From the IMG/VR virus record IMGVR_UViG_2681813214_000004, positions 8,537 through 72,536 of that record: a stretch of 64,000 nucleotides of DNA; one strand, 5' to 3'. Below, piece by piece: positions 44,623-55,035 of this stretch. The notes beneath the pieces were generated by a model, which was not told the origin of the DNA, did no database searches, and worked only from the letters and a program-made list of their open reading frames with translations. The position numbers and the translations under genes were made by a program. This stretch comes from a virus (taxonomy: Duplodnaviria > Caudoviricetes). Numbering within the stretch: the stretch's first letter is position 1; the number at the start of each line of letters is the position of its first letter.

Positions 44623-47600
44623 ATGTCAATGCCTAACGGCGAAGACGGATTGGACCCCGCTGGCTGGAGAGGCCAGTTTGTCAATCAGGCCGATATGACG
44701 AAGCTCCCGGCCCGCACCCAGGACGCGATTACCGCGTTCTTCGGGGACATGGTGCAGGGTGATACCGGGTGGAATTCGGCATCCGGAACATTCTTTGAAA
44801 CAATTCTGCACGGGTTCGAGAACCTTGGTGAATTCATCACCCTGATTGTTCAGGCTATTACCGGCGCACCTGGCGGATTGGCGAACCTTCAATCGTTTCT
44901 GTCTGACCGGTGGGGCGATCTTGCTAACGCATTGGATTCGGCGCTTGATGCGTTGACTCGTGTAGCTGGTTTGTTCGGTTTAGACGGGTTCCTGAAGAAC
45001 ACGATTATTCCGATGCTGGAGCCGTGGAAGATCCCGGTCCTCGGCACAAGCTCTTTGACTAACGATCAGCCCAACTTGCTGCTCGCAGGGAACTTCACCG
45101 AGGGCAGTGTTGTCGATAACCCGATTTGGACTTGGGAAGCTGGCGTTTCCCACACTTCGGATAGTTCGGGCAGCGTAAAGGTTGTCGCGGACGGCACCAT
45201 GAAGGCGCTGCAATCGCATCTGATCGCAGTCGCGCCGGAGCAAAAATGTGACCTTTCGGTATTCACGCAGTGGTCGGGATTCACGGCTGCTCCTGGTGTA
45301 ACGGGGCCTGCGGTCCAGATATCAATTCTGGAGTATGCGAAGGTCGGGGACCGGTATGAGCGTATCGGCGAAAAGTCGGTGTTTGGTTTCGTGCCCCCTG
45401 CGGCTAACGGAACCTGGCTTCCAATGCCAGGCACGTACACCGTTCGTGACGGTGTGGAATCGATCCGGGTCCGACTCCTCATAACTAAGGCTGCTCTGCA
45501 CGGCGTTTTCAACTTTGACGACGCCGTGAGCAAGAAGACGAACAAGCCCCAGATGGGCTGGATTGACGGCCTAAGCGAAGAACTGACAGGCATTCAGGGG
45601 CAGGCCCAAGCACTGATCACCGGTCTGTTCAATACGCTGACTGGCAAGGATTCAATTTTTGCGCAGCTGGCCGACCTGTTGCAGGTGTTCACGGCTATCC
45701 CGTCCGACAAGGTTGGGGGCGTCGGCGGTCCTGCGGATATCGGTAAGACGGTCCTGGAATTCTTCAACCACCTTGTGGGCGGAATCCTCGGTACCGGAGT
45801 CGGCGGCGGCGACAAAGACCCAGCGGACGTGTACAACGTCGTTAACGGTCTCGCGAACAATGCGGGTCTCGGCGCGGAGGCGTGGGATCTACTTGGGGTT
45901 CGCAACAATAAGCCGCTGTTCACGGGGTTCTTCCCTTCGGGCACATCGAATTACAACATCACCGATGTAGCGTTTAACAGCACGCCCCCCACGATTCCGG
46001 TCACGCAGTCGGCTTCCGGGATCAGCATTGAACGCTACGAAGAAGCCAAATCGCTTGGGGTGGTGTCGTGGCTCGGGTATGGCCTGACGGATCTGACCGC
46101 GTTCTACGTAAACATTTGGAAGATCAGCTCGACTGACGGCTCTTGGTCGCTGCTGCATCACTCTCCAAACATATTGGGGGACTTGGACCCATCGGGGTCT
46201 TCAGCCCAGCCCGCGTTCCAGTTCTACATTCTCGATGAGGCTATCGAGGGCTTGGCCGCTGGCGACGACATTGCGCGTGAGCTGGTCCCGGTCGGTACGG
46301 GCACTCACAACGTGGTGGGCCGCGTCACGTGGCTGCCGAATCATCCCTATGCGCAGGCTGTCTCATTCGCCGCTAAACGCGATAACACCACTGGCCCTAA
46401 CACGCCTCCTGCGACTATCGCGAAGGCATCCGTTGTTCGGTCGGCGAACGTTCCGTGGATCGAAACTGCGATTAACACAGGTATCGATGTGTCGCAGCAC
46501 GCAGATGTTGTCAGGTACTTATCTACGGGGCAGACGATTCCGGTCCCGAAGTGGGCCAACTACGTTGATGTGGTCGCGAACGGTGCGGGTGGTGGTGGCC
46601 ATGCTGGCGCCACGTTCGGCATCTACGGCGAAGGCGGCGACCACGGCAAGTTCAATGGTGTCACCTGGTGGCGCGGAGAACATTTCGAGGATGACGCGGT
46701 AATCACGGTCGCGCTAGGCGAGGGCGGCAACGGCGGTACTGCGATCCTCGGTGTTGGTCAAGATGGTGGCGCTACCACTGTCTCCATTCCCGGCTACAGC
46801 TTGGTTGCTGAGGGCGGCGAAGGTGGACAGCAGCTCCAGGGACCTGGCGGCAGGACGCGCGGTATCGGTGCTGGCGAGTTCGTCTTTAAGGACTGGAAGG
46901 TCCAGGCCGGTGGGGACCAGAACACCTTCGGTGGAGTGGGCACTGCCCCTGGTGGCGGCGCTGGCGGCGGCGACTGGTTAATGCTCGGGTCGGGCGGAAA
47001 GGGTGCCCGTGGTGGCGCCTGGATTCGTTTCCGCCGTAACGCGTTGGTGGATGAACCTTCGGGTGATATCACGCCTCCTACGGCGCCGACGCTGAGCTTG
47101 GGCGAGGTTGCGTATTCGCGTGCAACGGTTACCGCTTCGGGGGCTACGGACAACGTTGGGGTTGTTGGCTACACGTTCTATGTCGATGGCGTGCGCGCCG
47201 CGCAATGGCAGGTCGGCACGACCTACACCTACACGGGGCTGTCGTCCGGTCATGAATACACTCTTACTGCTACGGCACGAGACCTGGCGGGCAACGAATC
47301 TGAGCATTCCGCACCGTTAGTGATCACGACCCTCGCGTACGGCGATCCGCTGGACGAGGAGATGTCTCTGTCTGAGCGCAATGCTATCGATGCGATCGTT
47401 GCGCAGTGCATGTCAGAGATGCCACTGACTCCGGGCTTGTCTATCGATATCACGGGGCCAACGGGCTTCTACCGCAAGGCGTACGGGTTCGCCGACAATG
47501 CGAAGACATCCCCGTACACTCTGGATCTGCATACGCGTGTCGGTTCTGCAACGAAAGCGTTCACGGCACACTGCATCCTGATCCTTGCTGATCGTGGCCT

Positions 47601-48492
47601 ACTGGACTTGGATGATCTTCTTTATCCGCATATTCAGCGACCGGATTTGGCGTTGTGGCTGGATCTGAATCCGAATGTCCATGAGGTGACCATCCGTCAG
47701 CTGTTGACGATGCGGTCGGGCGTGTGGGAGTACCAGAAGGACCCTTTGACGGGTGCTTTCTCGGTGATGATGCCCGAGTTTGATTTCCGCTACGACAACG
47801 TGATTATGAATAGTGCCCGTCAGCCCGCCTCGTTTGCTCCGGGGGAGGACTACGAGTATTGCAATACGAACTTCTATCACCTTGGGCGTGTGATCGAAAC
47901 CGTGTCAGGCAAGCCGTATGCGCAGTTCGTGAAGGATGAGATTTTCACTCCGCTGGGGATGGCTGAGACCAGTTACCCTGCAAACGCGTATATTCCGGCG
48001 CCGTTTGCGCGCGGCTACATGCCGATGGGGAATATTTTCGGCCAGCTTGGGCAGCAGGACGTTACGACGTTCAACCCGAACTTCATCGGCGCTGCTGGCG
48101 GTTTGGTCTCCACTGTTGGAGATTTGCAGAAGTGGGGCCAGGAGTTGCGTGACTGCAATCTTTTGCTTCCGGCGACTAGGGCGGACCTGAAGGATCTTTC
48201 CAAGTTCTCATCGGATGTGCAGGGCAACAACGCGGATGTTCCGGCCCGTTACGGGTACGGCAAGGGTCTTTACAGCTACGGATCGTGGTTCGGGCATGCG
48301 GGCAACATCAACGGTTTCGATGCGGTTATTCATTACGAAAAGAACTCTGGTGCAGTGCTTGCGGGGACGGCGAACTTTAATGACTTCGCGATGTTTATCA
48401 AGGTGTTCCCGAGGATAGCAACTTATCTGTATCCGGGTTCGATGGTGGCTCCGGAGTATAACCCTGAGTTTGCGGCGAAGAGGGGGCATTGA
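44623..48492 (+). CDS. Large minor tail protein with FN3 and C-terminal beta-lactamase-family (D-Ala-D-Ala carboxypeptidase-like) domain
   Basis: FN3-like ATDNVGVVGY...YTLTATARDLAGNES; SxxK (SATK), YxN (YCN) and HAG motifs intact. Confidence 0.88.
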   Translation: MSMPNGEDGLDPAGWRGQFVNQADMTKLPARTQDAITAFFGDMVQGDTGWNSASGTFFETILHGFENLGEFITLIVQAITGAPGGLANLQSFLSDRWGDLANALDSALDALTRVAGLFGLDGFLKNTIIPMLEPWKIPVLGTSSLTNDQPNLLLAGNFTEGSVVDNPIWTWEAGVSHTSDSSGSVKVVADGTMKALQSHLIAVAPEQKCDLSVFTQWSGFTAAPGVTGPAVQISILEYAKVGDRYERIGEKSVFGFVPPAANGTWLPMPGTYTVRDGVESIRVRLLITKAALHGVFNFDDAVSKKTNKPQMGWIDGLSEELTGIQGQAQALITGLFNTLTGKDSIFAQLADLLQVFTAIPSDKVGGVGGPADIGKTVLEFFNHLVGGILGTGVGGGDKDPADVYNVVNGLANNAGLGAEAWDLLGVRNNKPLFTGFFPSGTSNYNITDVAFNSTPPTIPVTQSASGISIERYEEAKSLGVVSWLGYGLTDLTAFYVNIWKISSTDGSWSLLHHSPNILGDLDPSGSSAQPAFQFYILDEAIEGLAAGDDIARELVPVGTGTHNVVGRVTWLPNHPYAQAVSFAAKRDNTTGPNTPPATIAKASVVRSANVPWIETAINTGIDVSQHADVVRYLSTGQTIPVPKWANYVDVVANGAGGGGHAGATFGIYGEGGDHGKFNGVTWWRGEHFEDDAVITVALGEGGNGGTAILGVGQDGGATTVSIPGYSLVAEGGEGGQQLQGPGGRTRGIGAGEFVFKDWKVQAGGDQNTFGGVGTAPGGGAGGGDWLMLGSGGKGARGGAWIRFRRNALVDEPSGDITPPTAPTLSLGEVAYSRATVTASGATDNVGVVGYTFYVDGVRAAQWQVGTTYTYTGLSSGHEYTLTATARDLAGNESEHSAPLVITTLAYGDPLDEEMSLSERNAIDAIVAQCMSEMPLTPGLSIDITGPTGFYRKAYGFADNAKTSPYTLDLHTRVGSATKAFTAHCILILADRGLLDLDDLLYPHIQRPDLALWLDLNPNVHEVTIRQLLTMRSGVWEYQKDPLTGAFSVMMPEFDFRYDNVIMNSARQPASFAPGEDYEYCNTNFYHLGRVIETVSGKPYAQFVKDEIFTPLGMAETSYPANAYIPAPFARGYMPMGNIFGQLGQQDVTTFNPNFIGAAGGLVSTVGDLQKWGQELRDCNLLLPATRADLKDLSKFSSDVQGNNADVPARYGYGKGLYSYGSWFGHAGNINGFDAVIHYEKNSGAVLAGTANFNDFAMFIKVFPRIATYLYPGSMVAPEYNPEFAAKRGH

Positions 48493-50225
48493 TGGCTTCT
48501 GTTGGCTGGTGGTCTGAGGCGTTCGTGGAGCCTGCGGGCATTCCGTCTGCCGAGGCTTTCGGTGGGGGCGGGTTGTCGTTGGCGATTCGTCCTACCGGCA
48601 TCCCGTCCACCGAGGCGTTCGGTGCAGTCAGAGTTACTTATTTACAGGATGTTTCACCTACCGGCATTCCGTCCGCCGAGGCGTTTGGTACTGCTGCCGT
48701 GGGTCAAACGTTGACGGTTTCGGGTATCGCATCGGCTGAGGCGTTCGGTGCGGCAGCGGCCGTTGTTGGCCCCGTAACCATCACACCTACGGGCATTGCT
48801 TCCGCCGAGGCGTTTGGTACTGCCGGTGTGGGACAACGGATCACGCCTGTTGGGATTGCTTCTTCGGAGGCATTCGGTGTCGCGAAGGCGAATCTGAATG
48901 TTGTTGCGTCCGGGATTGCCTCGGGCGAAGCATTCGGTTCCGCTACGGCCACGCGCGGGCCTGTGACGGTCACGGCGTCCGGTATCGCTTCCGGCGAAGC
49001 GTTCGGTTCTCCGATAGTGACGCAGCCCGCGACGGTCATCTACAGCACGCAGGGTGTCGGTAGTGAGAACAACGGTACGCCGCTGTCTTGCTCGATCAAC
49101 CCCAGCACTAACGATGATGTGCTGGCGTTCGCGACACTCGGCACGTCGTCCGGTCCGACTGAACTGTTCAAAGCCACATACGGTGCGAGCAATCTGCCGA
49201 TGACCTGTGTGGGGCAGGCAGTCTCCAACGGTGTGGTGATCGCGGCCTACATCATCCGTGGTGTCGCATCAGGTAGCGCGACCATCAACATCACGCGCGG
49301 CACCAGCCCTGCTCCTTGGGGGCAGGTTGTGGCGGTGTCCTATTCGGGTGCTGCCGGATATGACCCGGCTGCGGTCGCCATTGGTACGGGAACATCGTTC
49401 TCTCATTCGGTCACAGCCCCCTTGAATGGTCGAGCGGTGCAAGCCCTCACCACGGGTGACTCTGGTGCTACTTTGTCCAGTCTGGCTGGCGGCACCAGCC
49501 GCTACCTGGATAACTCCGGGTTCTGCATCCAGTCCGTGCGCGACACCGATGTGGTGGTGTCACCTACGGCATTCACGGGAACGATCAGCAGCTCGCGCGA
49601 CTGGGCATCTATCGCGGTGCCGCTGCGCACGATCGCGCCTACAGGGGTGCGTGCCGGATACAACATCGGCACCTCCAGCGTTTTGGGTGCCACCACAACA
49701 ACGGTCGATGTTTCCGCAGCGGTCGGGGATTACGTCTACACGGTGGTGGTGCAAGACCGCCCCGGCGATCCGTCGTCCGTGACCTGCGCCGGTACGGGAA
49801 TGACGCTGATTGACACCGCCGCATGGACATCCGGTTCAGGCTCGGCGTTCATCAAGATCTACCGCAGCGCCTCCACGATGGGGTCTGCTGGCGCCAAGAC
49901 GGTATCTGTGGTGACCACCGGTAGTGGGTGGAGCCGTTGTTTCGGTATCGCGGTGTCCGGAGTGAGCAGCCCATCAGGAACGGTCACTAAGACTTCCGGT
50001 ACGGGTTCGCAGCCGACGCAGGCGGTCACATGTTCTGCGGGGCAGATGATCCTGCAAGTGCTGGGCACATCGAACACGCCGACAGGGTTCTCTGGCGGCA
50101 GCACGTTGGTTGCGGCCACTTCAGGGCAGGTCTTTTGGTCAATCAGCATCTCGTACAGCTCCGCGACGTTCTCACTGTCCAACACCTCAGCCAACTGGGG
50201 TGCGCTAGCAATCGTACTGAGCTAG
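48492..50225 (+). CDS. Repeat-containing tail fibre-like protein
   Basis: Eight GI(P/A)SxEAFG repeats, then Ser/Thr/Gly-rich beta domains. Confidence 0.7.
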   Translation: MASVGWWSEAFVEPAGIPSAEAFGGGGLSLAIRPTGIPSTEAFGAVRVTYLQDVSPTGIPSAEAFGTAAVGQTLTVSGIASAEAFGAAAAVVGPVTITPTGIASAEAFGTAGVGQRITPVGIASSEAFGVAKANLNVVASGIASGEAFGSATATRGPVTVTASGIASGEAFGSPIVTQPATVIYSTQGVGSENNGTPLSCSINPSTNDDVLAFATLGTSSGPTELFKATYGASNLPMTCVGQAVSNGVVIAAYIIRGVASGSATINITRGTSPAPWGQVVAVSYSGAAGYDPAAVAIGTGTSFSHSVTAPLNGRAVQALTTGDSGATLSSLAGGTSRYLDNSGFCIQSVRDTDVVVSPTAFTGTISSSRDWASIAVPLRTIAPTGVRAGYNIGTSSVLGATTTTVDVSAAVGDYVYTVVVQDRPGDPSSVTCAGTGMTLIDTAAWTSGSGSAFIKIYRSASTMGSAGAKTVSVVTTGSGWSRCFGIAVSGVSSPSGTVTKTSGTGSQPTQAVTCSAGQMILQVLGTSNTPTGFSGGSTLVAATSGQVFWSISISYSSATFSLSNTSANWGALAIVLS

Positions 50226-50272
50226 ACGGCTCTATTATAAAATTTAGATTAGCAGAAAAGAATAAATAAAAT

Positions 50273-50674
50273 ATGGCTAATGCGCTTTACGATAAGGGCC
50301 GAGAGGCTTTCCTTAATGGCGGGATTAACTGGACCAGTGACACCATCAAGGTTCTTTTGGTGACTAGCGCTTATACTCCGAACCTTGCAACTCACCAGTA
50401 CCGGTCAGACATTTCTAGTGGTGTCACCGCTACCTCTGCGGCCCTCACGGGTAAGGGTTCCACGGCTGGTGTTGCGAACGCTGCGGGTGTCACATATTCC
50501 GCTGTTACGGGATCAGTGTCCAATGCGCTGGTGATTTTCAAGGATACTGGTACCGCTTCCACGTCGCCTTTGATTGCCTACATTGATACGGCTACTGGTA
50601 TTCCGGTCACGCCGAATGGCGGCGATGTGAACATTGCTTGGGACACTGGCGCGAATAAGATTTTCAAGCTCTGA
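50273..50674 (+). CDS. Conserved tail-associated protein
   Basis: ANALYDKGREAFL...INW.SDTIKVLLV...PNGGD.NIAW family. Confidence 0.7.
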   Translation: MANALYDKGREAFLNGGINWTSDTIKVLLVTSAYTPNLATHQYRSDISSGVTATSAALTGKGSTAGVANAAGVTYSAVTGSVSNALVIFKDTGTASTSPLIAYIDTATGIPVTPNGGDVNIAWDTGANKIFKL

Positions 50675-50859
50675 TGAATGTGGTGGCTGGCCCACCTGAG
50701 CTGCATTGCCCTGTTTGTGATGGGCGCGTTGGTTGGGGTGGGCATGAGGCGAGTTTTCGGCATCGGGCACATATTTTCGTGATGGCCGCTGAAGTTAAGG
50801 CGCGGCTGTTGGGGGCTCGGTGCCGTTTGTGGCTTACGGAGCTTTTGGGGGTTATGTAG
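50674..50859 (+). CDS. Small hypothetical protein
   Basis: CPVC; TGATG coupling. Confidence 0.45.
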   Translation: MNVVAGPPELHCPVCDGRVGWGGHEASFRHRAHIFVMAAEVKARLLGARCRLWLTELLGVM

Positions 50860-51792
50860 GTGTTGAGCGAATCGCCGCAGATTGAAACAGTGAGTTTGTC
50901 TGCGGATTCATGTTTGGAAATGCCCGAGTGGCGGTTGCGTGGCGACTTCACTGGGTGCACGTCGCAGTTGGTGATCTTGGATGACGCGGCTGTGGAGTTG
51001 GCGCGGTTCGATGGTGTGTGTACTTCGCGAGGTATCTCGTTTTATGAGGAACCTGATGCGGTTAAGGACATTGCGCATGGATCTAACTTTGAAATCTATG
51101 TGACGAAGCCGAGTCTTGCTCCGGCGATGCTGTGGTACGGGAAGGTGATCCGTAAGGAACCACGGTTTCCGTTGTCGCCGCCTGTGGACGAATCTGACTA
51201 CACAGTGCAGTACACGGCGAACTTTGTGGGCTCATTTATCGGCCCGAAGTGGATTCCGATGGGTGGGACAGGTATGGAGATACATACCCATGGTCTGATC
51301 ACCAATAAGAAGTCGATGGGTCCGAAGTATGCGTTTTTCAATCAGGCTTGCGCTAAGTGGTATGCGCCGATGCATATGGATTCGGTATCTATCAATGTCA
51401 GTTTGTTGAATGTGGGTGCCGGTAAGTTAAATGTGATTGTGTGCGGCGATTATGCGATGACGAAGTGGCTGGGTATCCAGTTTGAGACGGGCATTATCAA
51501 TAACAAGCTGCATGTGGTTAAGGGGACGAGCCCGCTGACAGGTGTTTATGTCGGTGATGAGGTTGCGTCTATCACGAACAATAATGATACGGCGAAGATC
51601 GTGTATAACCATTTGGCCGGAACATTGTCTTGCTACAAGAACGGCAATCTTGGTACGCCCGTTATCTCCGTGGATGTGACGGATTTGGTGCCGCATGGTG
51701 AGGGTTTCCGGCATGTGGGTTTGTCGTGGTCTACGTCTTTGTTCACGCCGGGGGTCGAGCCTACCGCTTGGGAAGCGCGTGACGGTATCTAG
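50860..51792 (+). CDS. Minor tail protein (LamG/lectin-like C-terminus)
   Basis: beta-rich; HGEGFRHVG motif; synteny. Confidence 0.7.
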   Translation: MLSESPQIETVSLSADSCLEMPEWRLRGDFTGCTSQLVILDDAAVELARFDGVCTSRGISFYEEPDAVKDIAHGSNFEIYVTKPSLAPAMLWYGKVIRKEPRFPLSPPVDESDYTVQYTANFVGSFIGPKWIPMGGTGMEIHTHGLITNKKSMGPKYAFFNQACAKWYAPMHMDSVSINVSLLNVGAGKLNVIVCGDYAMTKWLGIQFETGIINNKLHVVKGTSPLTGVYVGDEVASITNNNDTAKIVYNHLAGTLSCYKNGNLGTPVISVDVTDLVPHGEGFRHVGLSWSTSLFTPGVEPTAWEARDGI

Positions 51793-51817
51793 TTAATAGT
51801 TTTATTGGGGGAAACAA

Positions 51818-52144
51818 TTGAAATTTATTGAAAATTTGGTGCTGATGTTCGCCGAAAAGGTAGCAGAAGCAGTGGCTAAGGAAATCGCTAAGCAGATTCC
51901 GGAAATTACGAAGAGTGTCACCGATGCGGTGGCGCGGGAGATCGGTGATGTTGCGGACAAGCTGGGGGATGTAGCGGCCGATATTTCTAAGACTGTTGTG
52001 TCTGAGGTTTCTGGTTCGGTGCAACATATCTCTGATGGCATGCTGAAAGCTTTCGGTGATTCCGTTCAGGGGATTTCTGGGCTTGTCGCTAAGTCGATCA
52101 ATGATGCGTTGGCGAATCTGAATCCGTTTAACTGGGGGAAATAG
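51818..52144 (+). CDS. Hypothetical amphipathic helical protein
   Basis: TTG with GGGGGA RBS; precedes lysin A. Confidence 0.6.
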   Translation: MKFIENLVLMFAEKVAEAVAKEIAKQIPEITKSVTDAVAREIGDVADKLGDVAADISKTVVSEVSGSVQHISDGMLKAFGDSVQGISGLVAKSINDALANLNPFNWGK

Positions 52145-53350
52145 GTGCCGTCTAGCGATGATTATGCGCGGGCAGTCATAGCGGAGGGTATTCGCCGTAA
52201 CATCACCCCTCGTGGTATCCAGATTGGTTTAGCGACCGTCCTGGTTGAGGCTGCGGAAGGCGCCACTATCTATATGTGGGCCAATTCTAAGGTTCCGGAA
52301 TCTCTAAACATTCCGCATGACACGGTGGGTTCAGACGGGTTTTCGGTCGGAATTTTCCAGCAGCAAGTTGTTTGGAACCCGGATGTTAAAGCGTGGTGGT
52401 GGGCTGATTGCGCTACCTGTATGGACCCGACTAAATCTGCGGGTCTTTTCTTTGCCCGTCTCGTGAAGTTGAACTACAACGATACGTCGAAGTCGCCGGG
52501 GTCTTTTGCGCAAGACGTTCAGGACTCAGCGTTCCCGGATCGGTATGACGGTCGTTTCGCTGACGCGGTTGCCTTGTATAACCGGTTGACTGTTGGGGGG
52601 AAGTTGTTGGATAGGCCAGATTTCAATGAGTTTCCTTTGTGGAGCCCAAGCAATTCGTCTCGTGGCGGGGTGAAGGTAGATGCGTTTTTCATTCACACGC
52701 AGGAGGGTGGCGGCGGGGATTCTGCTGCCGAGGATCTGGCTAAATACCTTGGAAACCCTGCCAACCAGGTCTCATACCACTACACGATCAGCCAAGCCTC
52801 TGATGGTGGCGTGACGGTGGTGGATGTTGTTGACACGGATTACGCGTCGTGGTCGGTGCTTTCCGCGAACAGCCGGAGCGTCAATGCGTGCATCGCTGGT
52901 TCTAGGGCTTCCTGGACCCGCGACCAGTGGATGAAGCAGTCCAAAGCTATTGATGTTCTGGCCTATCTGGCGGTCCAGGATTGCAAGAAGTACGGAATCC
53001 CGATCAACGTTGTTGCCCCTCCGTACACGGGCCGGATTCCGGGTATCTCGGACCATCGCTATGTCACGCAGGTGTTGAAGGACGGCACTCACACAGATGT
53101 GGGTGACCAGTTCCCCTGGGACTACTTCACGCAACGAGTCAATTTCTACGCGGGGATAGAGGCGCCAGGGCCGTCCGAGCCTGCGCCGAAGGTGTATCCG
53201 CGTGACTTCACCGACAGGCAGCTTATGGAGGAAATCTGGGAGCAGCTGCGGGGGCCTGGGGGCAAGGGCTGGCCGCAATTGGGGAAGAACGAGCGGGGTC
53301 AAGACCTGTCGCTTGTTGACGCTGTCGCGAAACTTTTGGGGGGCAAATGA
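52145..53350 (+). CDS. Lysin A (N-terminal lysozyme-like domain, Amidase_2, C-terminal binding domain)
   Basis: SDGFSVGIFQQ; IHTQEG...SYHY...DH...THTDVG; EIWEQLRGPGGKGWPQLG. Confidence 0.92.
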   Translation: MPSSDDYARAVIAEGIRRNITPRGIQIGLATVLVEAAEGATIYMWANSKVPESLNIPHDTVGSDGFSVGIFQQQVVWNPDVKAWWWADCATCMDPTKSAGLFFARLVKLNYNDTSKSPGSFAQDVQDSAFPDRYDGRFADAVALYNRLTVGGKLLDRPDFNEFPLWSPSNSSRGGVKVDAFFIHTQEGGGGDSAAEDLAKYLGNPANQVSYHYTISQASDGGVTVVDVVDTDYASWSVLSANSRSVNACIAGSRASWTRDQWMKQSKAIDVLAYLAVQDCKKYGIPINVVAPPYTGRIPGISDHRYVTQVLKDGTHTDVGDQFPWDYFTQRVNFYAGIEAPGPSEPAPKVYPRDFTDRQLMEEIWEQLRGPGGKGWPQLGKNERGQDLSLVDAVAKLLGGK

Positions 53351-54393
53351 GGATAGGTGGACAGTACGTAGGTCTCGGATTGGGCGATTCTTCTGACGAG
53401 ATCCGGAAGATAAAGGCGTACATGCGGAACAAGTTCCGTTCTTACGCGGGGGATCTTGCCGACACGTCTTTGTTTGATGAGCAGATGCAGGCTGCGGTTG
53501 TTGAGATGCAGGCGCGGTATCGAAACTCCGGGAAACTGTCTGTGGACGCCTATATCCCCGGTGTGATCAACGCCGAGACCAAGTATGTGATGGGCTATCT
53601 GCCTCGTCCCGTTGCTGTTAAGCCGGTGATCTTCACTGTTGAAGGCCACCTCTCTGATATGTGGGCGGGTCCGTCCGCATCTATTGGTGCGCAGTTGTCT
53701 GCCGAAGGGTTGGCTTTCTGGCAGCCGGTGGGCTACAACAGCGGGGCTCTGCCGTTCGACAACAAATCCGGGGTTAACGAATTGGTGCGGCTGCTCAGTT
53801 CTACTGTGCTGACTGATGATTCGGGCAAGGCTGTTGCGCTGTTCCCTGCCGGTACTCCGTGGGGGATTACGGGTTTCTCGCAGGGTGCGATGGTGGTGTG
53901 CGAGTTCATGATGCAGTACGTGCTGCCGGAAGGCGCCCCTCTGCACTGGCGGTTGAAGGACTTCAAGCGCGGTCTGTGTTTCGGCAATCCGCGCAGGGAG
54001 AAGGACAGGGTTTGCCCTTGGTCAACTGACCCGCCTTCTGCGGGGACACAGGGAATCATGGATGTGACATTCGATACGTCGAAGACGGATATCGCTGACC
54101 GCTGGCAGGAGCACCCCCGTAAGGGTGACATGTTCGCGGAGAACACGACCGATGCTGCCGGTAAGGATAAGACGGCTATCGCGAAGATTATTTGCGAGAA
54201 TTCGTGGGTTGGTGGGCCGTCTGCCCTGTTCGCGCGTGTCCTGGCGTTGTTCGGGAATCCGGTTGGTGAGAGCTTCGCCGCCATTAAGGCAATATTTGAC
54301 GCGATTATGTTTTTGGTGCGTAGCCCGAACCCGCATTATTCGACTGTGGCTGAGCCTGGGGATTTTGATTGGATGCGCGGTATCGCGGCATAG
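53347..54393 (+). CDS. Lysin B (cutinase-like esterase)
   Basis: GFSQGA nucleophile elbow; FGNP; N-terminal peptidoglycan-binding-like segment. Confidence 0.92.
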   Translation: MRIGGQYVGLGLGDSSDEIRKIKAYMRNKFRSYAGDLADTSLFDEQMQAAVVEMQARYRNSGKLSVDAYIPGVINAETKYVMGYLPRPVAVKPVIFTVEGHLSDMWAGPSASIGAQLSAEGLAFWQPVGYNSGALPFDNKSGVNELVRLLSSTVLTDDSGKAVALFPAGTPWGITGFSQGAMVVCEFMMQYVLPEGAPLHWRLKDFKRGLCFGNPRREKDRVCPWSTDPPSAGTQGIMDVTFDTSKTDIADRWQEHPRKGDMFAENTTDAAGKDKTAIAKIICENSWVGGPSALFARVLALFGNPVGESFAAIKAIFDAIMFLVRSPNPHYSTVAEPGDFDWMRGIAA

Positions 54394-54403
54394 AGGGAAT
54401 TTG

Positions 54404-54814
54404 ATGATTTTTTGTGAAGATGGCGAATACCTGGACGGTAAGTTTAAGGGTTCGGAAGTTGTGTTGAATGCTGTGGTTGGTGCACGGCAGGATAAGCATT
54501 TCCGCCGCAATTATAGCGAAGCTAAGCATTTGGCTGATCAAGGCAAGATCAAGCGCATTGTCGTTGATGTCGGCGTGTCGGGCGCCCCAGTGGTTTATGT
54601 CGTGAACGCTGTAAAGGCTGCCCTCGGGGGAGTTCCGGCACACGAGAAGGCTGTTCTGTACGTGAGCGGGGGGGATCTTGACGGCGACGAGATTTTCTGT
54701 TCGTTGCGGGGATTATTTCCGTCCGACCCGCCGAAGCCTGCGATTAAGGCTGTCAAGCCGGAAGAAGTTGTAGTTCCAGCCGTAGAGGCTGAAGAGAAAG
54801 TTGGGGGAGTATAA
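54404..54814 (+). CDS. Hypothetical protein, possible degenerate GH25 muramidase fragment
   Basis: RQDKHFRRNY...DQGKI and GG..HEKAVLYVSGG weakly recall mycobacteriophage GH25 lysin domains (recollection only). Confidence 0.45.
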   Translation: MIFCEDGEYLDGKFKGSEVVLNAVVGARQDKHFRRNYSEAKHLADQGKIKRIVVDVGVSGAPVVYVVNAVKAALGGVPAHEKAVLYVSGGDLDGDEIFCSLRGLFPSDPPKPAIKAVKPEEVVVPAVEAEEKVGGV

Positions 54815-54816
54815 AA

Positions 54817-55029
54817 ATGGTTCGTATTCTGGGCAAGAAGCCGTCCGAGATCCGCAAGGCGGTAGCGGCGGTTGTGGCGGTGCTGTTGGCGGTCCTGGTG
54901 GCGATCCCGGTGGTTGGGTTGCCGTTGAAGGTAGCTGCTGTTGTGGCGGGCGCTATCGCTGTTCTTAAGGGCGCTGAGGTGATCCTGAACAAGGTCGCTG
55001 GCGCTATCGACTCCGCAGATAACCTGTAA
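54817..55029 (+). CDS. Holin
   Basis: 70 aa, two TM segments, in the lysis cassette. Confidence 0.75.
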   Translation: MVRILGKKPSEIRKAVAAVVAVLLAVLVAIPVVGLPLKVAAVVAGAIAVLKGAEVILNKVAGAIDSADNL

Positions 55030-55035
55030 ACCCCG

